From Epithemia pelagica (taxonomy: Eukaryota > Protista > Bacillariophyta), in NCBI GenBank assembly GCA_946965045.2, contig OX337235.1, positions 2,604,001 through 2,668,000 of the forward strand: 64,000 bases of DNA. Direction: 5' to 3'. The notes beneath the pieces are model-generated. The model was not told where the DNA came from and did not search any database. It saw only the letters and a list, made by a program, of their open reading frames with translations. Position numbers and translations under genes: made by a program. Below, in pieces: positions 10,345 to 19,799 of the stretch; the stretch's first letter is position 1; each line of letters begins with the position of its first letter.

Positions 10345-13300
10345 TTCTGTCATGGGTCAAGTGGATTGGGAAGCTTTTCTCCGCTCGGACCAAACCATTC
10401 AAAGTCGCCAACCAGCCTTTCCGACGCCGTCCGCCCCGAACTCGAATCCACAAATCAAGCGTGGGCCACCATCTTCCAGTTGATATCACCACCAAATTGC
10501 CTCGTGTATTGTTATGTCTCGCGGCGCTACAAATTGACCAAAAGATTCGGTGGATTGTTGTAAATCAGTTGCCGCAATCTGATAAAACCAAGTCCTTCCA
10601 TTTCACTGACATCGATTGTTGTATCGAAACATCACGAATTCGAGGGAGAACCAAAAAGAAGTCGTTCTTCCGCCAAGCTCAACAACTGGTATCCCTCTTC
10701 ACCGTAAACAAAAATCCGTTAGTTGACTTGGCCATGAATGGAACGAATATACAAGGGCAAGACGACAAACCTCGTACCTCCATATTCGATTCCGATGCCG
10801 ACAAGTTCCTGATCGACTCGGGAGCATCACACCATTTGTGGAAACAACGTAAAGCTTTCTCCTCCTATCGTTTGCTGACAAGAGAAGAAAGAAAACAAGA
10901 AGCATTGCTTGGAGTGAATGGCGAAACTGTCATGCCTCTTGGAATAGGCACAGTCCCACTCAAGTTAGAAGACGATCTCAACGACATCCATGTTATCGAA
11001 TTAAGAGATGTACGGCACTTACCTTCTGCCCCACTCAATATCATGGTCCCGCAAGTCTTTGTGCGCCAGCGTCGCGAGGAAGGAGACACTTGTGCTCGAT
11101 GCTCCATCGACGATTCATGCATTGAGTTAGAATGGTTGAGTACAAAGGATCAAGTGGTGAGCAAATACGTACCACTCAACAAGAACAACGTCGGCATGTG
11201 CTTTACTGCCCCTGGTTTTCGTCGTTTCCGTGCCTTCATGGCTCTGGCAATGCCTGCCAATCAGATCTCTGACTCAGAAGATGAAGATGATCCTGAGCGT
11301 CCGCCTCCTGATCCTCCGCCTGACGATGAAAATCAAGAGCCACAACCGATCCATCCAATCCGGTCGTCACCATCCGAGGGAGTGACCACCGATTTCACCA
11401 CGGATCCAAATGTCCTGCCACCCATAGTGGAAGACGAACCATTGTTGCGTTCAGACCAAGACCTCTTGATGCAATATCACGAGCGATTGGGTCACTGCTC
11501 CTTTCAACAACTGAAACAATTGGCAGAAAAAGGCGTGATCCCAAAACGGTTAGCAAAGGTTGCGCCTCCCAAATGCCCCAGCTGCCTTTATGGGAAAGCG
11601 CACAAGAAACCTTGGCGCACTCACAAGGTGGATCCAAAGATTCGCACATCAACTGTCCCTGGCGCAGTCGTGAGTATGGACCAGTTGGAATCCCCAGTCC
11701 CTGGTCTCGTACCAATAGGAAAGGGTCAACCAACCAAGAAACGATTCAAAGGAGCAACGGTGTTTGTTGACCATGCCTCCGATTTGACTTACGTGCATTT
11801 AATGCATGGCCTTACCACCGAAGAAACTTTGGAGGCAAAACACGAGTTCGAAAGATTCGCGCAACGGCATGGTGTAACCGTCCAGCATTATCATTGTGAC
11901 AATGGACGATTCGCCGATAAGGAGTTTGTCAACGATGTCAAAAACGCACTCCAAACAATTTCTTTCTGTGGCGTGGGAGCCCACCACCAGAATGGGATCG
12001 CGGAAAGGCGAATTCGCGACCTCACCGAAAGCGCGAGAACGATGATTCTTCATGCTGCTCACAGATGGCCGAAAACCATCACAGCAAATTTATGGCCACA
12101 AGCGGTAAAACATGCGACGAATATTCGCAATGCACTCCCACGCAACAACAAAACAAAATCTCCCATCTCCATCTTTTCAAACTCTGATGTGGAACCAAAC
12201 ACTAAACACTTCCATCCTTTTGGTTGCCCCGTTTATGTGCTCCAAGCTCCACTCCAGACAGGAAGCCCTCACCCCAAATGGGCAGAACGATCTCGAGTCG
12301 GTGTATTGTTGTGTCATTCGCCCCATCATGCTGCTTCTGTTCCTCTCATCTTGTCTACGCAAACTGGGCTCGTAAGCCCACAGTTCCATTGCGTGTATGA
12401 CGACAAATTCGAGACGGTGAAGAACGAACAACATGATACAAGCATTTGGAAGCAAAAGGCGTTAGTGCACAAAGGAGATGAAAATAGATCTGACCATCTG
12501 ATCTCGCGTCCCTTGCCACGACGATCACGCACACAGCAACAACAACGACAACAAGAATCCAACTTACCCAACTTTGGGAACAACATCCCTCAGGCCTTGC
12601 TCGAATTACCCGATCTCTTGACGGGTACAATCCCACAAGTGCCTGCTGAAAATCCAGCTCCTCTTCCTGATACCGAACCCGAGCCACAGATAGCTCCTGT
12701 TCCTCCAGAAGAGACTCCACAACCATACCCAGTGGACATTGCCCCCACAGGGCAAACAAGGACCGGTCGACAAGTGCGTCCTCCTTCCCGATTGTCGTTG
12801 ATTGCGTACCATTGTTGTTTCATGGCTCAGGATGTGGCCAAGACTTTGGCCGACTATCATCCTTTGGCACTGCTACAGATGATGAGCACCGCCGCCATCA
12901 AGCCCGATGTTATGCCCTTGCATATCGCTCTCCAACAAGAAGATTGCGATAAGTTCATCCAGGCCATGGTGAAGGAACTCAAGCAGCACGCCGAATTGAA
13001 GCATTGGAAGATTGTGCATAAAGCGCAAGTTCCACCCAATGCAAAACCAATCCCCATGGTTTGGTCGTTTATGCGCAAAAAGGACCCAGCTGGAGCAATC
13101 ATCAAATGGAAAGCTCGCCTTTGTGCTGGAGGCCACAAACAGGTTTTTGGTGACACTTATTGGTCCACCTTTTCCCCTGTTGTTGCATGGCCAACCGTCC
13201 GGTGCATCTTCATCCTGGCGTTGATTTTGGGATGGGACATGCGATCGATCGACTTCATCATGGCGTACACCCAAGCAAAGGTGAAGACCGATATCTTCAT

Positions 13301-14543
13301 GCAATTGCCAAAAGGTACCACGTTGCCCGGTCTTGACCCGAATAAACACTTGTTGAAGCTCCAACAAAACTTGTATGGCTTGAAAGACGGCCAAGTGACA
13401 TGGCACGAGCACATAAAAGATGGACTCCTCAAGCAAGGCTTTAAACAATCCAACGTTGATCCCTGTTTATTCTCCAAGGGCATCGTCCTTCTCGTCCTAT
13501 ACATCGACGACGCAGCTTTCTTCTCTCCGGATCCGAAAGCCATCGACCGAGAAGTAGCATTGCTCCAAAAGTCCTTTGACCTGACAGATGATGGGCCACT
13601 GTTGGACTACCTTGGAGCTCGATTCATTCGACATGAGGACGGGCGCGTTGAATTGCAACAACAGAAGTCGATCGACAACTGCTTGAATCATCTTGGTCTG
13701 GGCCTCTCTCAAGAAAATGTCAAGATGCATGACACTCCTGCCGAAGCCAACAAGATCCTACACGCGGATTCTGATGGCCCCATTCGGAAGCAAGACTGGA
13801 ACTACCGTGCCGTGATTGGTTCCCTCAATTATCTTCAAGCTATGTCTCGCCCGGATCTTTCCTATGCTGTGCATCAATGTGCTAGGTTCTGTAACGATCC
13901 TAAGCTATCTCATGAGGTGGCAGTCAAACGAATTTGCCGCTATCTACGTGCGACCCGTGATAAAGGTCTGTTCTTCCGACCGAATGTTCGCGAAGGATTC
14001 AAGTGCTACGTGGATGCTGATTGGGCTGGTAATTGGAATAAAAACAGGCCCAACGATCCTGCTGGTGCGCTCTCGCGCACAGGCTACGTGATTATGTACG
14101 CTGGTTGTCCGTTGGTATGGGGATCCAAGATGCAATCATTGGTAGCGCTCAGCACAACCGAAGCAGAGATTATTGCCCTCTCAACAGCCCTACGCGAAGT
14201 CATTCATCTCCAGAACCTCTTAGAAGAATTACGTGACTCTGGATTTCCTATTCCCTTCTCCAAGGCACAAGTTCAATGTCGCACTTTCGAAGACAACGCT
14301 GCTTGTATAGAAGTTGCTACGTCAGAGCCTAAGATTCGACCACGAACCAAGCATCTTGCTGTCCGTCTTTTTCACTTCCGCAGTCATGTTGAAAATGGGC
14401 GTATTACCATCGAACATGTGCCCTCCCAGGACCAATTGGCTGATATCTTTACCAAACCATTACCTCGGGATTCGTTTCGCCGTTTACGGGATCGATTGCT
14501 TAGTTGGTCTCCCGATCCGATTCCGCAGCACGAGGGAGTGTGA
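10257..14543 (+). CDS. pol: Copia Pol (protease, integrase, reverse transcriptase, RNase H); in frame with gag
   Basis: Protease FLIDSGASHH; integrase HHCC (YHERLGH...KCPSC) and DDE (MDQLE, HCDNG, GIAERRIR); RT (SIDFIMAY, LYIDD); RNase H (YVDADWAG, TEAE, FEDN, ADIFTK). The frame is open from 10257, first ATG 10281, and the stop lies inside the 3' LTR. Confidence 0.95.
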   Translation: MLPSWDAFMAFWPFVVFLTIKMSIVAFHEVLSWVKWIGKLFSARTKPFKVANQPFRRRPPRTRIHKSSVGHHLPVDITTKLPRVLLCLAALQIDQKIRWIVVNQLPQSDKTKSFHFTDIDCCIETSRIRGRTKKKSFFRQAQQLVSLFTVNKNPLVDLAMNGTNIQGQDDKPRTSIFDSDADKFLIDSGASHHLWKQRKAFSSYRLLTREERKQEALLGVNGETVMPLGIGTVPLKLEDDLNDIHVIELRDVRHLPSAPLNIMVPQVFVRQRREEGDTCARCSIDDSCIELEWLSTKDQVVSKYVPLNKNNVGMCFTAPGFRRFRAFMALAMPANQISDSEDEDDPERPPPDPPPDDENQEPQPIHPIRSSPSEGVTTDFTTDPNVLPPIVEDEPLLRSDQDLLMQYHERLGHCSFQQLKQLAEKGVIPKRLAKVAPPKCPSCLYGKAHKKPWRTHKVDPKIRTSTVPGAVVSMDQLESPVPGLVPIGKGQPTKKRFKGATVFVDHASDLTYVHLMHGLTTEETLEAKHEFERFAQRHGVTVQHYHCDNGRFADKEFVNDVKNALQTISFCGVGAHHQNGIAERRIRDLTESARTMILHAAHRWPKTITANLWPQAVKHATNIRNALPRNNKTKSPISIFSNSDVEPNTKHFHPFGCPVYVLQAPLQTGSPHPKWAERSRVGVLLCHSPHHAASVPLILSTQTGLVSPQFHCVYDDKFETVKNEQHDTSIWKQKALVHKGDENRSDHLISRPLPRRSRTQQQQRQQESNLPNFGNNIPQALLELPDLLTGTIPQVPAENPAPLPDTEPEPQIAPVPPEETPQPYPVDIAPTGQTRTGRQVRPPSRLSLIAYHCCFMAQDVAKTLADYHPLALLQMMSTAAIKPDVMPLHIALQQEDCDKFIQAMVKELKQHAELKHWKIVHKAQVPPNAKPIPMVWSFMRKKDPAGAIIKWKARLCAGGHKQVFGDTYWSTFSPVVAWPTVRCIFILALILGWDMRSIDFIMAYTQAKVKTDIFMQLPKGTTLPGLDPNKHLLKLQQNLYGLKDGQVTWHEHIKDGLLKQGFKQSNVDPCLFSKGIVLLVLYIDDAAFFSPDPKAIDREVALLQKSFDLTDDGPLLDYLGARFIRHEDGRVELQQQKSIDNCLNHLGLGLSQENVKMHDTPAEANKILHADSDGPIRKQDWNYRAVIGSLNYLQAMSRPDLSYAVHQCARFCNDPKLSHEVAVKRICRYLRATRDKGLFFRPNVREGFKCYVDADWAGNWNKNRPNDPAGALSRTGYVIMYAGCPLVWGSKMQSLVALSTTEAEIIALSTALREVIHLQNLLEELRDSGFPIPFSKAQVQCRTFEDNAACIEVATSEPKIRPRTKHLAVRLFHFRSHVENGRITIEHVPSQDQLADIFTKPLPRDSFRRLRDRLLSWSPDPIPQHEGV
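14532..14538 (+). promoter_or_regulatory. Polypurine tract
   Basis: GAGGGAG directly abutting the TG of the 3' LTR. Confidence 0.75.
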
Positions 14544-14755
14544 GGTTATGCGCGATATCCCCGGGATCTCACCCAGGACTTTATGCTGACGCAATCTACT
14601 CTTCATCAGAGACTCCTCTTTCATACGAATACACAAGACTCATTTAGGAACGACCCATCCATCGAAATTATCCGCGAATATTATTTCATACGATCAAATT
14701 AGGAATAACTAAAGTCATTAGTAAAACTCACAATTTCGAAAACATACAGATCTCA
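14539..14755 (+). repeat. 3' LTR (217 bp)
   Basis: Matches 8568-8784; followed by TSD GGTTG at 14756-14760. Confidence 0.95.
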
Positions 14756-14760
14756 GGTTG
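14756..14760 (+). repeat. Right 5-bp target-site duplication (GGTTG)
   Basis: Same pentamer as 8563-8567. Confidence 0.9.
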
Positions 14761-15108
14761 TCGAGGAACAACCGAATACGTTTACTGGATTCGATGACGA
14801 TTGTACTTTACTTCGTTACTCGCTGTGTGTGTATCCAGTTGTGTCTTCCAAGATTCCAGCGAGTTCAGTACCATTCTTTATCGGGTCCTGGCACGACCAC
14901 ATGGTGAGATCATGTGAACGGTAGTCGGAGTTTCGACCGCTTGGACAACTCCCAACCAAATCGAAATTTCTTCCCTCCATCAACGTCCAAACGTCACATC
15001 CGGTGGGAGTTCCCGCATGTCAACATTCCAAAGCAGTCAGAACCCATCACTACGAGTACCTTGCCATTCCAAGTTTCATTTTGTTCCAAATACCCTCTCC
15101 ATTCAAAG

Positions 15109-15789
15109 ATGATGCAGTCTCTAGATGTTGACAATGATAGACCGTCTCGTTCCGTTCTAGGAACTCGTTGCAACGACGAGTGTCCTCCGTTGACGCTCAA
15201 GACCAATGGTGGTCGTCCGTCCACTGGTACCAGTGCCACTTCCACCACTAGTTCCAGTTCGGGACGCCGGTTGTCCTCTCCACTTCACATGTTGGGGGCC
15301 ATGAGAAGTCGTGCCTTCACCAACGAGACATTGCCTACTGTTGATATAACCGATGAAGGCGATAATATGGACGATTGGTGTTTCCAGGAGGATGGGGAAG
15401 TCTCTACCCTGACGGAAGGACTGAGCGAGCTTTGGAGCGGAGTGGAGGAGGATTTTGATGATGAATGTCCTGATCGAAGCAATGATCCAATGGATGATCG
15501 GAGGTACCAAACCAAGAGCCAAGAAAACAAGGAGAACATTCCTCCATTATTGGTTCATGTCCCCGTTCATTCCTGTACTCACGACCAACCTCCACCGTGT
15601 GTGGATTCCGTGGTTATGGACAATGGTCTTGTGATTCTGCCCCTTTCTTCTTTCCCGACTCCAAAGCATTCGAACCAGTCTTCCTCCTCTTGTCAAAGAG
15701 ATTATTGCGCTCCCTATTCTCGTTCAAGGAAACATCATCGAAGAAACCGAGCACAGATTCTCTTTTCCTTTGGTGCTGGACCCAAATAA
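15109..15789 (+). CDS. Hypothetical Ser/Asp-rich disordered protein
   Basis: Open frame 14914-15789, first ATG 15109. No recognisable domain. Confidence 0.45.
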   Translation: MMQSLDVDNDRPSRSVLGTRCNDECPPLTLKTNGGRPSTGTSATSTTSSSSGRRLSSPLHMLGAMRSRAFTNETLPTVDITDEGDNMDDWCFQEDGEVSTLTEGLSELWSGVEEDFDDECPDRSNDPMDDRRYQTKSQENKENIPPLLVHVPVHSCTHDQPPPCVDSVVMDNGLVILPLSSFPTPKHSNQSSSSCQRDYCAPYSRSRKHHRRNRAQILFSFGAGPK

Positions 15790-16288
15790 CTACTTGATCA
15801 TGCCATTTCATTGCATGAATTCCATTCTGTTGCGGAACATATATTGCTCTTTCGTCAAGAAGAGTTTGTTCTTTTTGCAGTAGAATGAAGGAACATAATT
15901 GGCTTTTTGAGCGTGTTCTTTATGATATCGACAACCGCGTGTATCGAGACAGCTATGGTGTCAGAAAGGCGACTGTCTAGCATGAACGGAGACTTTTTAT
16001 ACTTGAATCTATAACATGACAAGACGCAGAGGCTCTTCCCAACGAAATTCCAAAGCAAGAGTTTGTAGCACTTGAATACTTCTAATTCTTGAAAGACTTT
16101 TCCCCCTTTTCCCTGTGCTTCGATAACAGTAAGCTAATAGAGGTCGTGTATGCAATCATGAAGACCAACTCTTCCAAACTTTGTGTACCTACATGATTTC
16201 AACGTGAAACGACAACGAAAGCATCTAAAAACAAGTTCTTGCTATAACGTGCCAAGAGCACATAATAATGCAGGTCCCAAATATCCAT

Positions 16289-17920
16289 TTATTGCTTTTT
16301 CCAGAACAAGAGCCCCTTTCGCTCTTTTCGTCCCACCGATTTCCCAGCTTTAGAAGCCTCGGGTGGAGGAGCTTGCTCTGGTTTGCTGGTATTGCCCGCT
16401 GGTGCTGCCTGGGGAGCACCACCACCTCCTCCCCGAGCCGGAGATGCCTTGCGTTGCTTCCAATCATTGACCAGTTTTTGACTATGGTCCCGATCACGAG
16501 GCGGCAAGGCAAGTACTTCATCGACACCGTCCACAGTAATGAGGTGGCCAGTCTGAGCATTGAGCACAATTAGTGCTGGCAAGTCGCTGATTTTGAAATC
16601 CTTGGTCATTTGATTCTTCAAGTCCACTGTCCCGGTGGGAATGGCCAAAAAGGGAAACTTGCTGTACACATCCTTAAACTCAAACAGGGTCCGGTCGGCC
16701 GAGATGTAAACACATTCCAAATTGCAGTCCTTGTTGGTCAGTTTATAGAAATCAATAATTTGTTGTTGAAAAGCCTTGCATCCTGCTCTCCATGAGGCAC
16801 CAAAATACAAGCACACAATGTCCTGATCCTTCATGGCCGACGTGGTATTGAAGCGATCCAATTTGGAATTGTAGTAGAGGTAGGGACCCAACATTTTTTC
16901 CATGGGTGTTTCTTGGCCACTGGGCGACACGGGGACGGACGGATATTTGCGTGGTCGAAAGGGAAGCGGAGCCAATTTCGTTGTTTTCTTCTTGGGTGCT
17001 TCTCTGGCTTCCATACTATTCTTGGGATACTTTTCGGGATTTCGTTCCTTCATGGGGATCCATTTCTTTCGGGTTTGGGCATCTTCGGCGTCTTCGACGG
17101 CCTTCAAGGCTTTGGCTTCTGCAGCCGCCGCACGGTCATCCGAGTCTTGGACACCCTGCAAAAAGTTTTTGGGTTTGGCCACGGCTTGAGGAGAATCACG
17201 AGCCGCGACGGGCTTGGGAGGATCCCGAGCCGGTTGTGCTCGGGGAGCAGGTCCCTTGTTGGTATAGGGACTATCCGCTTCGGCTTCGGCCAAGTTAATG
17301 CCCGTGGCCTTCAATTTGACACTGGACAGATCGACGCCTGAACGACCATTCTTGGGTGGAGGAGGAGCAGGAGCCGATCGAGGACCACCACCACCACCGG
17401 CGGTAACTGGACGTGGCGCTGGGGCACGGGAGCTGGAATTGCCTTTGGGGCTGGTCGGCACGTCACTATCGACACCTGTGGCACCCCCTCGGTTTTGAAT
17501 GGCAGACATGAGAGCTGATCGGCCGCCGCCGCCACCGCCGCCACCAAAGGGGGACGGACGACCAGCGGGTGAGGGAGGAGGAGACTCAATGACTTCTTCT
17601 TCTTCTTCGACTACTTCTTCATATTCTTCTTCGTATTCGACAACTTCAATAATTTCGTCGTCATCGTCCCCAACGTATTCTTGACCATCGTCGACAATTT
17701 CTTCAATCACATAACCATCCTCATCCAACAATTCCTCTTCGTATTCTTCTTCTACGTAATCTCCATCAGGATCGGCCATTTCTTCTTCCATCGCACGAGC
17801 GAGTTGGGCCTCCAACGCCTTGATTTCATCTTGCAAGGCATCGACATCTTGACCCGGTGGGGCCGCCGCCTTGCGACTTGGCGGGGTGTAAGCTGGCATT
17901 TGACTTCGTACCATGGTCAA
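16289..17920 (-). CDS. Acidic/Pro-rich protein with WH2-like motifs and a C-terminal nucleoredoxin/tryparedoxin-like domain lacking the first active-site Cys
   Basis: 543 aa: short coiled coil, E/D/Y/V-rich tract, poly-Pro, GRSALMSAIQ and DLSSVKLKATG motifs, then DIVCLYFGASWRAGCKAF...LECVYISADRT...FPFLAIP...FKISDLPALIVL. Confidence 0.75.
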   Translation of the reverse strand: MTMVRSQMPAYTPPSRKAAAPPGQDVDALQDEIKALEAQLARAMEEEMADPDGDYVEEEYEEELLDEDGYVIEEIVDDGQEYVGDDDDEIIEVVEYEEEYEEVVEEEEEVIESPPPSPAGRPSPFGGGGGGGGRSALMSAIQNRGGATGVDSDVPTSPKGNSSSRAPAPRPVTAGGGGGPRSAPAPPPPKNGRSGVDLSSVKLKATGINLAEAEADSPYTNKGPAPRAQPARDPPKPVAARDSPQAVAKPKNFLQGVQDSDDRAAAAEAKALKAVEDAEDAQTRKKWIPMKERNPEKYPKNSMEAREAPKKKTTKLAPLPFRPRKYPSVPVSPSGQETPMEKMLGPYLYYNSKLDRFNTTSAMKDQDIVCLYFGASWRAGCKAFQQQIIDFYKLTNKDCNLECVYISADRTLFEFKDVYSKFPFLAIPTGTVDLKNQMTKDFKISDLPALIVLNAQTGHLITVDGVDEVLALPPRDRDHSQKLVNDWKQRKASPARGGGGGAPQAAPAGNTSKPEQAPPPEASKAGKSVGRKERKGLLFWKKQ

Positions 17921-18652
17921 TTTCCCTTAGAGAAGCAATGTTATCTTTCCAAACAGAAGAATGGATATACTCTTTGTTGTCCAGAAATAAACTCTTGCGG
18001 TTTGTCGTTTGCATCCGTCGTCTGGGACATTTTTCCCAAACGATTCGGAGGGGTTGGTTTGGCCCTTCTCAACCAGATTCTGTGGGCCGAAAGTATGTAT
18101 CTTGTTGGGCAGGACTTCCCTACCAAGAACAAATACTAAGTGATCTCATAATTGCCCCACGAAAAAGACAGTCTTGCAAGACTAAGTGACCATTGATCGA
18201 AGGACAAAAGACAAAACGTCCCCTAACCCGGAGCTACGAAGATATCTTTGTTCTCACTTTTTGACATCTGTTGATCTTGGATCCTTCCTACGAGTACTTT
18301 CTTGAACAACAATACCATAAAACCATGAATCGTTCAAAAACTTCTATGGACAGTCTTTCATCAAGAACTTGGCTAAAGGGAGTGGATGACGAGAAACAAA
18401 AGGCCACACAATACATGGAAATGCAGGAAACCGTCAAGCCACGCATACAGCTATCTTGAGGAAGCCAGTTGAAACTGTTGACTGCATCGACCACGATTGA
18501 GCATCGGAGGAAGAGGCAAAAGAGCACTTGCAAATAATCGTGTGAAAGATGGAAACCTTGGCCTGGAGGCATCTCCGAAACTTGTGTGTGTTCCTGAGAA
18601 ACTGTTCCGATTAATCAAGGCGTGTTTCAATTGCGGGCTTCATTTCACAATT

Positions 18653-19490
18653 TCACTGGACTGGGACGGAGTTGTCGTTCACAATTTTGGCTGCCTTTTC
18701 GAGCGACTTTGCCGGAGACTCCCCTGCTTCTACGAATGAAAGGCAACCATCGTCTCGTCGGTAGACATGAAACGCTTCGTCCGGATATCTTGGCTCCACA
18801 ATTTCTGTCAGCAGTGATACTGGCCATTCCTCGGGCGTCCAAACAATCCCTCGCGTCATCTTTCTGGGGGTAATCGCCAACAGGCTTTTTTTTCAATCTC
18901 CCAATCGGATCGGCCGATCGCCACGGTGAATCGGTTAGTCAAAGGCACGACCCGTTCTTTCGCATGCATGCCACAAATTTATCGCACAACCAGGAAACAA
19001 AGGAGTCCTCTTCCGTTTGTTCTCCAATAGTTTTCCGATCTACTATGACATACTTGAGTTTCGCAAAGAGGAGCAACAGCCAATCGAGGTCATTCATCGA
19101 GTCAGGTACGCCTAGTGCCTGACGCATGTTGGCTCGCAGATTGTCTCCGGCATGAACGAACAGATAGGGACAATTTTTCACTTTCACCGTCTGATTTTTG
19201 TCCAACATCACATCGATAATGGCAGCGCCAGCCGCACTCTTTCCACTGCCTTCCTTACCGCAGTAGACATACATTTGACCAGACTCAACCATCGCCCTGT
19301 CATCCACTGCTTCCTTTAAGGCTGCAAATAGGTCATTCGCGACCCAATCGGCAGGCATCATTTGCTTGTAAATACAAGGATTCCTCAGCTTCGACGGCAA
19401 CGTCGTTTCAAAGGCCGCCATCTCAAGCGCTTTTGTTTTAAGAAGGGCATAGGCAGCCGCATAGACAGCCGTGTTTGTGAGGTCTACCAT
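18653..19490 (-). pseudogene. P-loop NTPase-like gene, apparently broken by frameshifts (pseudogene, unmodelled intron or assembly error)
   Basis: ORF 18939-19490 has a Walker A motif (YVYCGKEGSGKS) but stops early. Protein-like sequence continues in shifted frames (KERVVPLTNRFTVAIGRSDWEIEKK, then SLLAITPRKMTRGIVWTPEEWPVSLLTEIVEPRYP). The second shift falls in an A8 run at 18886-18893. Confidence 0.5.
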
Positions 19491-19799
19491 CGTTGTCGTT
19501 ATTCACCTGAAAACTTCTTCCTGCTACGGTGTAGACGAGATGTTGATGATTCGTTTTTAGGAGTAATTTTTAACGTTATAATAGAGATAAAACATACTCC
19601 TAAAAGGTTAGCAGTAGGATGTACCTTACGAGTTACGAGTACATAGCTAGCTCAAAAGGTCCGCCTGTCGTACGGGTTTTTGACGTCGGATCAAGATTTC
19701 CAGACGTGCACCACGGGCGTTCCTCAAACGTGTTTGGTGGATACGACGGTGGGCGGTGGGCGTTGCTGATCTCGCGACGACGATCCGTCAACTGCAAGA

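Larger units (their letters stand above)
8568..14755 (+). mobile_element. Full-length Ty1/copia LTR retrotransposon (CoDi-like), recent insertion
   Basis: Two 217-bp TG...CA LTRs that read identical, a 5-bp TSD, PBS, PPT, gag, and pol with PR-IN-RT-RH order. Confidence 0.97.

Noticed and set aside
18200-18640. Short stop-interrupted frames suggesting a decayed gene
   Set aside because: No motif ties the fragments together, so not enough to call a pseudogene.
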